Part shown: positions 52,295 to 63,016 of the stretch, in pieces
How the letters are laid out: the number at the start of each line of letters is the position of its first letter
Position numbering within the stretch: position 1 is the first letter of the stretch
Source of the DNA: an uncultured Alphaproteobacteria bacterium
GTDB taxonomy: Bacteria; Pseudomonadota; Alphaproteobacteria; HIMB59; GCA-002718135
Length of the DNA: 64,000 nucleotides
NCBI GenBank assembly: GCA_902623585.1
Contig: CACNUO010000005.1
Location: 984-64,983, forward strand
Direction of reading: 5' to 3'
Notes under the pieces: model-generated
Told to the model about the DNA's origin: nothing
What the model saw: only the letters and a program-made list of their open reading frames with translations
Databases searched by the model: none
Translations under genes and position numbers: made by a program

Positions 52295-52957
52295 ATGAAT
52301 CAAGAGAATAAAAATCAAAATTTATTTAAAAAAATACAAAATTTTATTTTTAAAAACTATATACAATTAATAATTTCATTAGTAATTTTGCTAATTATAT
52401 TTATTGGTTTGCAAACTTATAATTATTTTAAAATTCAAGATATTAAAAAGTCTAGTATAAGTTTTTTTGATATTATCCAAGAAAATCAAAATGATTTAAG
52501 TAGTTTAGAAAACTTAATTGACGATGATAATATTTTTTCTATTTTATCAAAATTAAAATTAATTCAGCAAAATAATAAAAATAAAAACTTTAGCTACTCT
52601 AATGAATTGTATAAAGAATTACTAGCTTCATCAAATTTAGATGATCTGTATAAATCGGCTATTGCTGCAAATGCTTCATACACAATGATTAATGCATCTT
52701 ATGAAGACAATACTAATAATTATTTAAATGATATATTAATTTATCTAAATAATATTAACGATGAGTTGGATAGTTATTTTTCTATTAAAAAAGAATTAGA
52801 ATATTTATTAATCGTTACAGAAATTGATCTTTATAAATTAGAATATAGTAATTCAAAAGCTTTGAATAAATATAATGAAATATTTAATTCAAGTTTGATT
52901 TCTGCCTCTACAAAAGAAAGAGTGAAAAAGATTCATGAGTTTCAGCTTTATAAGTAG
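52295..52957 (+). CDS. Membrane-anchored helical protein, probably YfgM-like
   Basis: Single N-terminal TM then helical domain; position first in yfgM-bamB-der order. Confidence 0.5.
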   Translation: MNQENKNQNLFKKIQNFIFKNYIQLIISLVILLIIFIGLQTYNYFKIQDIKKSSISFFDIIQENQNDLSSLENLIDDDNIFSILSKLKLIQQNNKNKNFSYSNELYKELLASSNLDDLYKSAIAANASYTMINASYEDNTNNYLNDILIYLNNINDELDSYFSIKKELEYLLIVTEIDLYKLEYSNSKALNKYNEIFNSSLISASTKERVKKIHEFQLYK

Positions 52958-54179
52958 AATATCGATATATTTATCTTTCATATTTATTTTTTCATGTCAG
53001 GATACAATTTCATCATTAAGAAATAATGAAAATATAGATTCTGTTGATTACATATTTAAATTAGAAACAGAAGAATATTTAGATTTTAGTTTTTTTGAAC
53101 AGTATGAAGATGATGTAATTGATAATTATACATATGTAGCATCTGATTATAATTTTTTAAATAAAGATCTAGCTGTTTTAAAAGTTAACAATCATGAAGC
53201 AAAATACAACAATATTCACCCAATAAATGTAATATATCTTGAAGAAAGTCTATATTCTATCAATAAAAATGGGGAGCTTCTGAAGTTTGATTCAAATAAT
53301 GGAAAGCTAATTGAAAAAATTAATTTTAATTTAGATCAAGAAAAGAAAGTACCTATTTCTTTTTCTCTTTATAAAAATGATTTTATTATTGCTTTTACGT
53401 CAGGAGATGTAATTAGAATTAATAAATTAGGCCAAGTTATCTGGTTGTTTGAAAATCAAAATTTTTTGAATACTCCAGTCAAAATATTTGATGATAATAT
53501 AATAATATTATATCCAGAAAAAATAGTCTTCTTATCAATTTTAAGTGGAGAAATAATTTATGAGAAAGTTTTTAAATCAAGTAATATAATTCAATCATCT
53601 GGAGGTAAGATCGAGAATTATTTTAATATTGCTTTCTTTATACTCCCAAATAGTGAATTTAATTCTTTAGATACGTATTTATTTGAGGAACATAATTTAA
53701 ATTTTGATAATTTTGAGCTTAATACCTCACTAAATAATTTAAAGGATCAAATACATCTTTACAAAAATTTTCTAGTTTATTTTGATAATGGAAATATTAT
53801 TCATACTTACGACATAAATAAAAGTAAGTTTGTATTAAGTGATTTTAGAATAAAAAAATCATCTTCAGCTATATTGTTTAATAATTCACTTATTTCTAAA
53901 AATGAAAATTTTGTTGAATTTTATAATATTCAGAACGGAAATTTATTCTCAAGAATTAATATTAATAAAATACTAAATAAAAAATCAAAAATAATAAATT
54001 CTTTAATAATAAATAAAAATTTGCATTTATTTACAGACAATGGTGAAATAATAATTTTTGATCAAAATCTTGAAATTCAAGAAACGGTTAATCTTAAAAT
54101 TAAAAACATTAATAAAGTTTATAATTATCAAAATAAAATTTTTATAAGTACTGAAAAAGGTATTACTTACATTTATTAA
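52935..54179 (+). CDS. Lipoprotein with PQQ-type beta-propeller, probably BamB-like
   Basis: Lipobox-like FIFSC, propeller-like repeats (D..NG, G..IW); directly upstream of der. Confidence 0.55.
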   Translation: MSFSFISRISIYLSFIFIFSCQDTISSLRNNENIDSVDYIFKLETEEYLDFSFFEQYEDDVIDNYTYVASDYNFLNKDLAVLKVNNHEAKYNNIHPINVIYLEESLYSINKNGELLKFDSNNGKLIEKINFNLDQEKKVPISFSLYKNDFIIAFTSGDVIRINKLGQVIWLFENQNFLNTPVKIFDDNIIILYPEKIVFLSILSGEIIYEKVFKSSNIIQSSGGKIENYFNIAFFILPNSEFNSLDTYLFEEHNLNFDNFELNTSLNNLKDQIHLYKNFLVYFDNGNIIHTYDINKSKFVLSDFRIKKSSSAILFNNSLISKNENFVEFYNIQNGNLFSRININKILNKKSKIINSLIINKNLHLFTDNGEIIIFDQNLEIQETVNLKIKNINKVYNYQNKIFISTEKGITYIY

Positions 54180-54180
54180 A

Positions 54181-55470
54181 ATGAATATATTAATTTTAGG
54201 CATGCCAAATGTAGGCAAAACATCACTTTATAATTTAATTACAAAAAAAAATAATAATATAATTCATGATACCATTGGTACAACAAGAGATTGGCACGTA
54301 TCACCTCTTAAATCAAATAGAAATATTGATGTATATGATACACCAGGAATAATTAATCAAAAAAGTTTAGTAACAAAGAGTGTCAATAATATAATAAGGA
54401 AAATAGATATTTTTGTTTATGTTATTGACTACAAAGCTGAGAATTATTTTATAGATAAAGAATTGATTAATGAATTAAGAAAATTTAATAAGGAAATACT
54501 AGTTATTATCAATAAAGATGATAATTTTAAACAGGATAAAAAAATTGACAACCTTGGAATAAAGAATGTTTATTTTATCTCATGTTCACATAATATAGGC
54601 ATTCAAGGCTTTTTAGATTTTTTATCAGAATATGATGTTAAAGATAATAAGCTAATAAATTACGATTTTTCTTTAGGGTTATTTGGAAAAACGAATGTAG
54701 GGAAAAGTACTCTCTTAAACAAATTAGTAGGATTTGAGCGATCAATTGTTAGTAATCAACCAAAAACTACAACTGATATTGTTTCTTCTTCATATAATTT
54801 TAAAGGTAATATTTATTCAATTAAAGATACTGCAGGTTTAATAAAAAAAAATAAAATTGATAAAAATAGTCTTGATTTTTATGTCAGTAAAAAAACCTTA
54901 TCAATTATTAATGAAATTAATTTAAATATTTTCCTTATTGATATTGAACAAGGCTTTGATACTCAATCAAAAAAAATATTTAATTTAATTTATCAAAAAT
55001 CTAATATTTTATTATTTATAATTAATAAAACTGATTTAGTTAAAAAAAATAAAAAGAAAGTAATTAATGATTTAATTAAGGATATTAATTATGAATTTTC
55101 TCAATCTAAAAATATAATTATTTTACCAATCTCAACACTAAATAAAAAAGATATTTTATTTTTAAAAAATAAGATTCGTGAACTTATTTTAGAAATAAAT
55201 AAAAATATATCAACTTCACAAATTAATAAGTGGTTAAATCATGTTGTTGAAAATAATTCTCACCCAAGAATAAATGGAAAGGAAGTTAAATTTAAATATG
55301 GCACTCAGGTATCAAACAATCCTTTAACAATAAAAATTTTTTCAAATTTTTCTAAAGAAATATCTAATTCATATAGAAGATATTTACTTAATCATTTTTA
55401 TAATTTCTTTAAAATTAAAAGTAGAAATTTAAAAATTTTATTTTCTAAATCTAAGAACCCTTATGATTAG
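54181..55470 (+). CDS. der: Ribosome biogenesis GTPase Der (EngA), divergent
   Basis: Tandem GTPase domains GMPNVGKT/DTPG/NKDD and GKTNVGKS/DTAG/NKTD, KH-like tail, NPY end. Confidence 0.9.
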   Translation: MNILILGMPNVGKTSLYNLITKKNNNIIHDTIGTTRDWHVSPLKSNRNIDVYDTPGIINQKSLVTKSVNNIIRKIDIFVYVIDYKAENYFIDKELINELRKFNKEILVIINKDDNFKQDKKIDNLGIKNVYFISCSHNIGIQGFLDFLSEYDVKDNKLINYDFSLGLFGKTNVGKSTLLNKLVGFERSIVSNQPKTTTDIVSSSYNFKGNIYSIKDTAGLIKKNKIDKNSLDFYVSKKTLSIINEINLNIFLIDIEQGFDTQSKKIFNLIYQKSNILLFIINKTDLVKKNKKKVINDLIKDINYEFSQSKNIIILPISTLNKKDILFLKNKIRELILEINKNISTSQINKWLNHVVENNSHPRINGKEVKFKYGTQVSNNPLTIKIFSNFSKEISNSYRRYLLNHFYNFFKIKSRNLKILFSKSKNPYD

Positions 55471-55473
55471 CAA

Positions 55474-56019
55474 TTATTGATTTGTACTCGTATAACTCTC
55501 AATAATATTATTATTATATTCAGAAATTTGCATGAGAATATTTGAATTTTCTACAAAAAATAAATGAAAATTTTTCAATATCTCAACATCATTATTATCA
55601 GTTAAATACAATATACTACTGTAAGTTATATATGAAAATAGTATGCCATATAAGATCCCAAAAAATTTATCAAATATCACTCCTAAAATTTGTTTATCTA
55701 AGTCACTATTTAAAAATTTTCTTATTCTTTTTAATATAAATAAACTAATTAAGAAAATTATTGGTATTGAAATAATTATACTAATAACGCTTACAAACTG
55801 TTCAAATCTTTGTAAAAAATTAATATTTAAAAGTTGTTCACTTAAAAAATCTGAAAGATATTGATAGCTATATATGGTTACAAATACAGAACCAACCCAT
55901 GTTAATAGCCCTAATATAGAATTAATAAATCCTTTCCAGAAACTAAAAATAACAATTACTGCAGTTAAAATTAATACTACATAATCAAAAAATATTAATT
56001 CAAAGTTTAAAAAAGTCAT
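55474..56019 (-). CDS. cvpA: CvpA family membrane protein
   Basis: FDY.......FSFWKGFI.SIL, DKFFGILYG. Confidence 0.75.
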   Translation of the reverse strand: MTFLNFELIFFDYVVLILTAVIVIFSFWKGFINSILGLLTWVGSVFVTIYSYQYLSDFLSEQLLNINFLQRFEQFVSVISIIISIPIIFLISLFILKRIRKFLNSDLDKQILGVIFDKFFGILYGILFSYITYSSILYLTDNNDVEILKNFHLFFVENSNILMQISEYNNNIIESYTSTNQ

Positions 56020-58367
56020 TTTTGATATTTCAATATTGATGGTAAAGTAATTAGTACTCCTATCATAGCAAATATCATTGCTAAACTAGTAAATAGACCA
56101 AAATAAACTGTAGGAACAAAGTTTGATACACAAAGAGTGAGGAACCCTGCAGTTATTGCAATAGATGTAATTAAAACCGCATTACCTACAGTTAAATGTG
56201 TTTTTTCAATTGTTTCACTATGATTTCTACCCAACTTTAGATTTTCCTTGTAACGATAGATATAATGTATTGTGTTATCAACGGCTATACCAATTGATAT
56301 TGCTGCAATTGTAATTGTCATTATATCAAGTGGTATTTTAAGTAAACCAATTAAACCTAGAATATAAGTTGCGGCAAAAATATTCGGAATTATTCCAATT
56401 ATACTTAATTTTAAAGATCTAAATAATATTATAAACATTATAAAAATAGCTAAAATTACAAACCCTAAGGATTTTATTTGTGAGTTAAATAAAGATTTTA
56501 ACATGTTATTATACAATACTAATAGGCCGTTAACTTTAAATTCTTCCAAGTTATCAAATTCATTCATTAAAAAAGAATTAATGTCATTAATAAGATCATT
56601 TCTTTTAATATCACTCGAATCTTTGACTCTTGTAGAAATTTTTATCATGTTTTTTTCAACATTTAGATAAGGATCAATTAAATCAGTTTTATAATCAATA
56701 GGTATTTCATTATATAATACTGATAATTCAAACATTGACAAATCACTTTTGTTTATTTGATTTGCAGTGTCTATAAGTGAATAAATTGAATTAACTTTCC
56801 CAATTTCTATTCTACTTTCTAAATATTGATGAACAAATTTGATTGTTTCAATTTTTTCATTTGTGAACCAAATATTATTTTCTTCTCCAAATAGATCTTC
56901 TGAAAAAAAATCATCTTCAATTTCTAAATCATCTTCTTGTTCAGCTTTTATTGTTGTATCAATTATTTGGTCATCATTTTTGAATTTAAGAATAATATCT
57001 AATGGTGTAGTTCCGCCTAATTCATTATCTATAAGAAACATTCCTTTATAAATTTCTGTATTTTTTTTAAAATATTTTATAAATGAGTTTTCAACATTCA
57101 GATTGGTAATTCCATATATCGATATGAAAAATATTATAATATTTAATCCAAGAATATATTTACTATTCTTATATGCAAAAGGATAAAAAGATTTTAAAAA
57201 ATTCAAATTTAGAGAATAGCTTTTTTCCTCCTTTGAAAAGAAAGAAACAATTAAAGGTAAAATTACAAATGATGAAATTAAAATTATTAATAATGCTATT
57301 ATCATTATAATTCCAAAATCAATTACAGGTTTAATATCTGATATTACTAATGATACAAAAGCAACAATTGTAGTTAAAAAGGTATAAAAACATGGCCAAA
57401 ACATCATTCTAAAATTTTCAATAATATTTATATCCCTTTGTAAATAATTATTCATTATATGAACATTCATAGAAATAGATAAAACAAACATTAAAGATAA
57501 GAAGTTTGCTGAAACTGCTGTAATTTCAAAATTAATAAATCCAGCTAATCCTATTGACAAATAAACTGCACTAATTGACGTAAATAAAATAGCAAATACC
57601 CATTTGACTCTTCTAAGAATTATGAAAAGAATTAAAATTATAATTAAAAGAACTATTATGCTGAATATTAAAATATCATTTTTTACATAAGAAATAACAT
57701 CGCTTGATATCATTTCTACCCCACCTAAATAGTAGGTAAAATCTTGATTGCTATTAGCAATAATATTTCTTATTTTTTTAATTAATTCATTTCTCTCTTT
57801 GTCTATTTCTGTTTTTATGCTGTAATATTTTCCTTGAGATAGGTATAAGTTTTTGTTTTCTTTAAGATCAAGCGCTTTATTGTTTTCATTAAGGAAAATT
57901 ACAATAGAACTTATATTTTTATTCTCATTAATAATTTGATCACTATAGATAGGACTTTTTGCAAACTCATTTAAAACATCTTTAATTTCTAAATTGGTAT
58001 CCATTATAGTTTCATAATTATCATTTGCTAAATCTAAAAGGTTAGTATTATTTAAAAGCAGAATAGGGGCTTTATTAATATTAAAAACAGAATAAATCTC
58101 TGGTAATGCCGATAATTCTTTGCTTATCTTTTCTATTTCAGTTAAAAATAATTTATCTATTTTATCATTACCTTTTATAGCTATTACAAGACTATTTTTT
58201 GTAGGAAATAAATCTTGATAATAAGAAAAATATTTAAAATCTATATCTCCTTGTGATACTAGACTATCAGAGGAAGCATCTATTCTAAAATCTTTAATAT
58301 AAAAACTGGAAAAAAATAAAGATAGGATAATAAAAATAAATAAAATAAATTTTAATTTTTTACTCAT
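56016..58367 (-). CDS. MMPL/RND superfamily exporter
   Basis: DASSDSL, TTIVAFVSL, ENSFI.YF, LGGTTPL, IGIAVDNTIH; likely start MSKKLK at 58367. Confidence 0.85.
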   Translation of the reverse strand: MSKKLKFILFIFIILSLFFSSFYIKDFRIDASSDSLVSQGDIDFKYFSYYQDLFPTKNSLVIAIKGNDKIDKLFLTEIEKISKELSALPEIYSVFNINKAPILLLNNTNLLDLANDNYETIMDTNLEIKDVLNEFAKSPIYSDQIINENKNISSIVIFLNENNKALDLKENKNLYLSQGKYYSIKTEIDKERNELIKKIRNIIANSNQDFTYYLGGVEMISSDVISYVKNDILIFSIIVLLIIILILFIILRRVKWVFAILFTSISAVYLSIGLAGFINFEITAVSANFLSLMFVLSISMNVHIMNNYLQRDINIIENFRMMFWPCFYTFLTTIVAFVSLVISDIKPVIDFGIIMIIALLIILISSFVILPLIVSFFSKEEKSYSLNLNFLKSFYPFAYKNSKYILGLNIIIFFISIYGITNLNVENSFIKYFKKNTEIYKGMFLIDNELGGTTPLDIILKFKNDDQIIDTTIKAEQEDDLEIEDDFFSEDLFGEENNIWFTNEKIETIKFVHQYLESRIEIGKVNSIYSLIDTANQINKSDLSMFELSVLYNEIPIDYKTDLIDPYLNVEKNMIKISTRVKDSSDIKRNDLINDINSFLMNEFDNLEEFKVNGLLVLYNNMLKSLFNSQIKSLGFVILAIFIMFIILFRSLKLSIIGIIPNIFAATYILGLIGLLKIPLDIMTITIAAISIGIAVDNTIHYIYRYKENLKLGRNHSETIEKTHLTVGNAVLITSIAITAGFLTLCVSNFVPTVYFGLFTSLAMIFAMIGVLITLPSILKYQK

Positions 58368-59412
58368 AGTTTCTATACACTCTATTACCAATAGAAGTCA
58401 AAACTTCGTATGATATAGTTTTACATTTTTTAGCAAATTTATCTACTTTGTGTTCATCATTAATAATATCTACGTACATTCCTACTTTCAAATCATGACT
58501 ACATTTTGATATATCTATTGTAAATGAATCCATTGAAATTCTTCCAATAATCTTAAATCTATCTTTTTTAAAATAAACAAAACCTTTATTGCTAAGTGAT
58601 CTAGGAATTCCATCCTCGTAACCAATACCAATTGTTGCAACTTTTGTTTTAGTTTTTGTTTTGAATGTACGATTATATCCAATATATTGATTTTTTTGTA
58701 AATCTTTGATTTGGATTATCTTGCCTTTTAAATTGATTACATTTTTAATTTTTTTTTCTAATTGTTTATTTTCATAACAACCATAAATACCAATACCAGG
58801 CCTAATCATATCGTATAAATATGTTTTATTCAGAATTGAGCCATGAGCATTAGCTAAACTAAATTTAACACCTTTATTTTTTTGATTAGCAAAAGTACTA
58901 AAAAGTTTTTTTTGTTTAATGTTGTATTTTATTTTATATTCATCAGAACTCGACAAATGACTAATTATTAGTTTAATATTATGATTTTTTAGATCTAACT
59001 TTTTTACATCTTTAAATGAAATGCCTAGTCTATTTATGCCCGTATCTATATGAATAGCGTAATCTATTTTAGTATTCTTTATTCTATTATATTCATCAAT
59101 AGTATTTACTACAGGTATTAAATTTGCATTTGTAAATTTATGCAATTTATAATTTTGTAATCCATTAAGAACATATATTTTTATTAATTTATTTTTATTA
59201 TTTAATTTTAATCCTTCACTTAATGTAGCAACAAAAAAATGTTTACAACCTTGATTTAATAAAAGATTATAAATTCTCTTATCTCCTAACCCATAAGCAT
59301 TAGCTTTTATTGTTGGAGCTACAATAAGGTTCTTTTTGAGTTTTTTAAAAAAATTATAATTATAAATTAAGTTTTTTGTATTTATGTTTAGGATACCAGT
59401 TTCATTAATCAC
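58360..59412 (-). CDS. alr: Alanine racemase
   Basis: IKANAYGLG (PLP Lys), DTGINRLG, RPGIGIYG, IGY, GRISMD. Confidence 0.93.
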   Translation of the reverse strand: MINETGILNINTKNLIYNYNFFKKLKKNLIVAPTIKANAYGLGDKRIYNLLLNQGCKHFFVATLSEGLKLNNKNKLIKIYVLNGLQNYKLHKFTNANLIPVVNTIDEYNRIKNTKIDYAIHIDTGINRLGISFKDVKKLDLKNHNIKLIISHLSSSDEYKIKYNIKQKKLFSTFANQKNKGVKFSLANAHGSILNKTYLYDMIRPGIGIYGCYENKQLEKKIKNVINLKGKIIQIKDLQKNQYIGYNRTFKTKTKTKVATIGIGYEDGIPRSLSNKGFVYFKKDRFKIIGRISMDSFTIDISKCSHDLKVGMYVDIINDEHKVDKFAKKCKTISYEVLTSIGNRVYRNYE

Positions 59413-60908
59413 TCAATAATATTATCATAATCTTTCGTAGTTAAGTCACTGAATTTTGTATAATTTGCGTCAAAATGCATCTTTATTGAGCCAATCGGAC
59501 CATGTCTTTGCTTTGCAATAATAATTTCAGCTTTATTGTAATTATCATTAGTTAACTGCTGCCATCTAGATACTCTCTCATTATATTTTAAATCATCCTC
59601 TTCAGATTTTCTTATTGGTTCTAATCTCTCAAGATAATAACTCTCTCTATAAATGAACATTACAACATCTGAGTCTTGCTCTATAGTTCCACTTTCTCTT
59701 AAATCAGATAATTGTGGCCTTTTATCTTCTCTCTGCTCAACTTGTCTTGAAAGTTGAGATAAAGCAATAATAGGAATATTCAATTCTTTTGCTATAGATT
59801 TTAAGCCTCTTGTAATTTCAGATATTTCTTGAACTCTGCCATCGTTTTTGTTGTTAGACGATGAAGACATTAGTTGTAAATAATCGATAATAATTAAATT
59901 AATATCGTGCAATCTTTTTAATCTTCTCGCCCTTGATCTTAATATTGGAATAGTAAGTACAGGATTATCATCAATAATTAAATTTAAATTTTCTAACTCA
60001 GTTGAAGTTTTTGCAATTTTATTAAAATCATTTTTATTCAATTCTGCTTTTCGCATTTTGTCTCCAGAAATTTTTGTTTGTTCAGCTAAAATTCTAGTTG
60101 CTAATTGCTCAGAAGACATTTCTAAAGAAAAAAATGCTACTTTTCCTCCATCGATAATTTTTTTATTTTCAAATTCATCTTTTTCTTCTTGATATTTGAT
60201 AGCACAGTTAAAGGCTATATTTGTACCTAATGCAGTTTTGCCCATTGAAGGCCTTCCAGCAATAATTATTAAATCTGATTTGTGCAAGCCACCTAATTTA
60301 TTATCTAAATCTTTAAAACCTGTTGGGACGCCTGCTATTTTGCCATCTCTTTTATAAGCTTCACTAATTATGTCAACAGCGCCTTGTAATGCATTGCTAA
60401 AATTTATAAATGACCTTTCAGAATTTCCAGTTTGAGACAAATTGTAAAGATCATTCTCAGCATTTTCTATAAGATTTTCAGCTAATTTGTCATTATTTGA
60501 ACTTGTTTCATTAATAATGTTTCTAGCTATTCCAACTAAATTTCTTTTGACATATAGGTCATAGATAATTTTTCCATAGTTGTATGCATTTTGTGTAGAA
60601 GGTGCACTATCTTTGATTTGATTTAAAAAGTTAACTTTATTAATGTTATTATTGTCTTCTGGAAGATAATTTTTTAAAGTTATGGGCGAAACTAGAATAT
60701 TTCTATCCAGTAAGCTTTTGATAGTTGAAAAAATGACTTTATTTGTTTCGTCTACAAATTGGTTTTCATTAACAAAATCTGATACTCTTTCATAATTTCT
60801 ATTATCCCATAATATACAGCCAATAAGAGCTAGCTCAGCTTCAGTATTTGAAAAATTATTATCATCATTTCCCTTATTTTGATTAGTATTTATTAGCTCA
60901 ACTGACAT
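59409..60908 (-). CDS. dnaB: Replicative DNA helicase
   Basis: AGRPSMGKT, FSLEMS, IDYLQL, LSQLSR, LRESG.IEQD, KQRHGP; no intein. Confidence 0.98.
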   Translation of the reverse strand: MSVELINTNQNKGNDDNNFSNTEAELALIGCILWDNRNYERVSDFVNENQFVDETNKVIFSTIKSLLDRNILVSPITLKNYLPEDNNNINKVNFLNQIKDSAPSTQNAYNYGKIIYDLYVKRNLVGIARNIINETSSNNDKLAENLIENAENDLYNLSQTGNSERSFINFSNALQGAVDIISEAYKRDGKIAGVPTGFKDLDNKLGGLHKSDLIIIAGRPSMGKTALGTNIAFNCAIKYQEEKDEFENKKIIDGGKVAFFSLEMSSEQLATRILAEQTKISGDKMRKAELNKNDFNKIAKTSTELENLNLIIDDNPVLTIPILRSRARRLKRLHDINLIIIDYLQLMSSSSNNKNDGRVQEISEITRGLKSIAKELNIPIIALSQLSRQVEQREDKRPQLSDLRESGTIEQDSDVVMFIYRESYYLERLEPIRKSEEDDLKYNERVSRWQQLTNDNYNKAEIIIAKQRHGPIGSIKMHFDANYTKFSDLTTKDYDNIIE

Positions 60909-60981
60909 TAATACTAATTAAACTATCTAGAAATAATCAACAACTGTAAGAGAAAAAATATAGTTAATAAGATATTAATAG

Positions 60982-60990
60982 TGTGAATAA
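60982..60990 (-). promoter_or_regulatory. Possible DnaA box upstream of dnaB
   Basis: TTATTCACA on minus strand matches TTWTNCACA. Confidence 0.4.
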
Positions 60991-60991
60991 A

Positions 60992-61435
60992 TTAGTTTTT
61001 GCCTACTATAATTAAAAATTCTTCGCTAATATCCTCATAGGGATTAATTTCTATTGTGTGTTCACCTATCGATTTTATTTGATTTCTAATAATAATATCG
61101 TCTGATTTAACCTTAAGTTTATTTTCTGATAAATAATCAACTATCTCTTTTTTTGAGATTGAGCCATAAAGTTGACCTTTTTCATCTGCTTCTCTATTGA
61201 AAAGTAACTTTATTTTTTTTATGTCTTCAACTAGCTTTTTTGCTTCTATTAATTTAGTTTCTTCGTTTTTCTTTATTTCATCTTTTATTCTTTCATAATA
61301 CTCAGTATTCTTTTTGTTTTCTCTAAGTGCCATATTATTTGGAAAAAGATAATTTCTAGCAAAACCAGGTTTTACAGATACAGTATCTCCTATCTTTCCT
61401 AATTTTTTTATAGTTGTTGTTAGTATGACTTTCAT
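60992..61435 (-). CDS. rplI: 50S ribosomal protein L9
   Basis: MKVIL...[23 protein letters not shown]. Confidence 0.96.
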   Translation of the reverse strand: MKVILTTTIKKLGKIGDTVSVKPGFARNYLFPNNMALRENKKNTEYYERIKDEIKKNEETKLIEAKKLVEDIKKIKLLFNREADEKGQLYGSISKKEIVDYLSENKLKVKSDDIIIRNQIKSIGEHTIEINPYEDISEEFLIIVGKN

Positions 61436-61707
61436 TGTGAATATGATTTATTTGTATATGAAATTAGTGATAAAAAACGTGCTCTTTTAATTGCTTTTGA
61501 TAATTCTTTCTGTTTTTTTTTCGATACACCTGTTATTCTGCTTGGTATAATTTTACCTTTCTCAGTAATGTATCGAGAAATGAGTCTAATATCTTTATAA
61601 TCAATTTTAGGTGATCCTGGCTGACTAAAAGGACAAAACTTTTTCTTATTTTCAAATGGAGAATTTGATTTTTCTTCTCTTTTTGCTTTAAATTTATTTT
61701 TTTTCAT
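61432..61707 (-). CDS. rpsR: 30S ribosomal protein S18
   Basis: [21 protein letters not shown]. Confidence 0.97.
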   Translation of the reverse strand: MKKNKFKAKREEKSNSPFENKKKFCPFSQPGSPKIDYKDIRLISRYITEKGKIIPSRITGVSKKKQKELSKAIKRARFLSLISYTNKSYSQ

Positions 61708-62020
61708 AATTTAATTTAGTTGGAAGTTCTTGATGTTCGTTTACTTTTATAAATATATATCGTAATAAATTTTCAGATTGATTTAATTCTTTATTTAAAT
61801 CTTTTAAAATTTTGCCAGAAGCTTCAATCTGAAAAAAATTATAAAAAGCTTTTTTGAATTTGTTAATATTGTAACTTAAATCCCTTAAACCCCAATTTTC
61901 CTCATTAATGATTTCTGCAGATTGAGATATAAGTTTTGCTTTAAAATTGTCTATTTCTGTTTTTAGATTACTTGTAGATAGCTCAGGATTAAATATTAAA
62001 ACTACTTCAAACTTATTCAT
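61694..62020 (-). CDS. rpsF: 30S ribosomal protein S6
   Basis: FE...I..P, E.WGLR.L.Y.I, LLRY; first gene of rpsF-rpsR-rplI. Confidence 0.93.
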   Translation of the reverse strand: MNKFEVVLIFNPELSTSNLKTEIDNFKAKLISQSAEIINEENWGLRDLSYNINKFKKAFYNFFQIEASGKILKDLNKELNQSENLLRYIFIKVNEHQELPTKLNYEKK

Positions 62021-62022
62021 AT

Positions 62023-62064
62023 AACTCCACGGTTTATCTTATAATTGTTATTATAAGAGAAGTT
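62023..62064 (-). ncRNA. S6:S18 ribosomal protein leader (cis-regulatory RNA)
   Basis: Minus strand AACUUC-UCUUAUAAU-aaca-AUUAUAAGA-UAAACCGU-GGAGUU: outer stem pairs the SD, inner 9-bp hairpin, bulge with CCG. Confidence 0.8.
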
Positions 62065-62105
62065 GAACTTGCATATATTAAAATTTTAAAATAAATCAAG
62101 CTTAA

Positions 62106-63014
62106 ATGACAACTATTGTATTTCCAGGACAAGGAAGCCAAAATGTAGGCATGGGTAGGGATTTTAATGATAATTTTGAAATTGCCAAATTAGCATATGA
62201 GGAGATAGAGGATCATAGTCAAATCAATTTAAGAAAAATAATATTTGAAAATGAAGGAAAGAAATTAGATTTAACTCAGTTTACACAAATATGTATTTTT
62301 GCAACTTCATATGTGATTTTCAAAACTTATTTAAGTGAAACGGATCTTAAATTAAATAATATTAATATTATGATGGGACACTCTCTTGGAGAATATACGG
62401 CTTTAGCTTGTAGTAATAAAATTAGCCTTAAGGAGTGCTCTATGATTCTTAAAATAAGAGGTGAATTAATGAATAATGCAGTTATAGACGTTGATACTGG
62501 AATGGCTGCATTGATTGGCAAAGATTCAAATTATATTCAAAAAATTATTAATGATAATAATTTAGATATTGAAATAGCTAATGACAATTCTCCATTTCAA
62601 ATTGTTATATCAGGTGAAAAAAAAGAATTGAATAAAAGCAAAGATTTATTTTTAAATATGGGTATAAAAAAATTTGTAGTATTAAATGTTTCTGCGGCTT
62701 TTCATAGTAGGTTTATGAATCATGCGCAGGAAAAGTTAAGTGAACCTATTAATTTATTAAATTTTGTTGAAAACAAAATTAGTATTATTTCAAATTATGA
62801 TGCAAATATCTATAATGATATAGTATCAATAAAAAAAAATTTACAGTTACAAATGGCAAATAGAGTAAGATGGACTGAAAGTATAAAAAAATTAGAAGAA
62901 ATTGGAGAAAAAGATATCTTAGAATTTGGCCCAGGTAAAGTACTAGGTGGTTTAATAAATAGAATATCAAAAAATTTTTATATTAAATCAATTAATACAA
63001 TTGAGGATTTATAA
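62106..63014 (+). CDS. fabD: Malonyl-CoA:ACP transacylase
   Basis: FPGQGSQ, GHSLGEY, SAAFHS, VRW, GPGKVL. Confidence 0.96.
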   Translation: MTTIVFPGQGSQNVGMGRDFNDNFEIAKLAYEEIEDHSQINLRKIIFENEGKKLDLTQFTQICIFATSYVIFKTYLSETDLKLNNINIMMGHSLGEYTALACSNKISLKECSMILKIRGELMNNAVIDVDTGMAALIGKDSNYIQKIINDNNLDIEIANDNSPFQIVISGEKKELNKSKDLFLNMGIKKFVVLNVSAAFHSRFMNHAQEKLSEPINLLNFVENKISIISNYDANIYNDIVSIKKNLQLQMANRVRWTESIKKLEEIGEKDILEFGPGKVLGGLINRISKNFYIKSINTIEDL

Positions 63015-63016
63015 AA

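Noticed and set aside
1825-62970. Many 60-127 aa antisense or out-of-frame ORFs in the ORF track (e.g. 16636..17016, 34878..35261, 41962..42270)
   Set aside because: Nested in well-supported genes, no motifs; typical shadow ORFs
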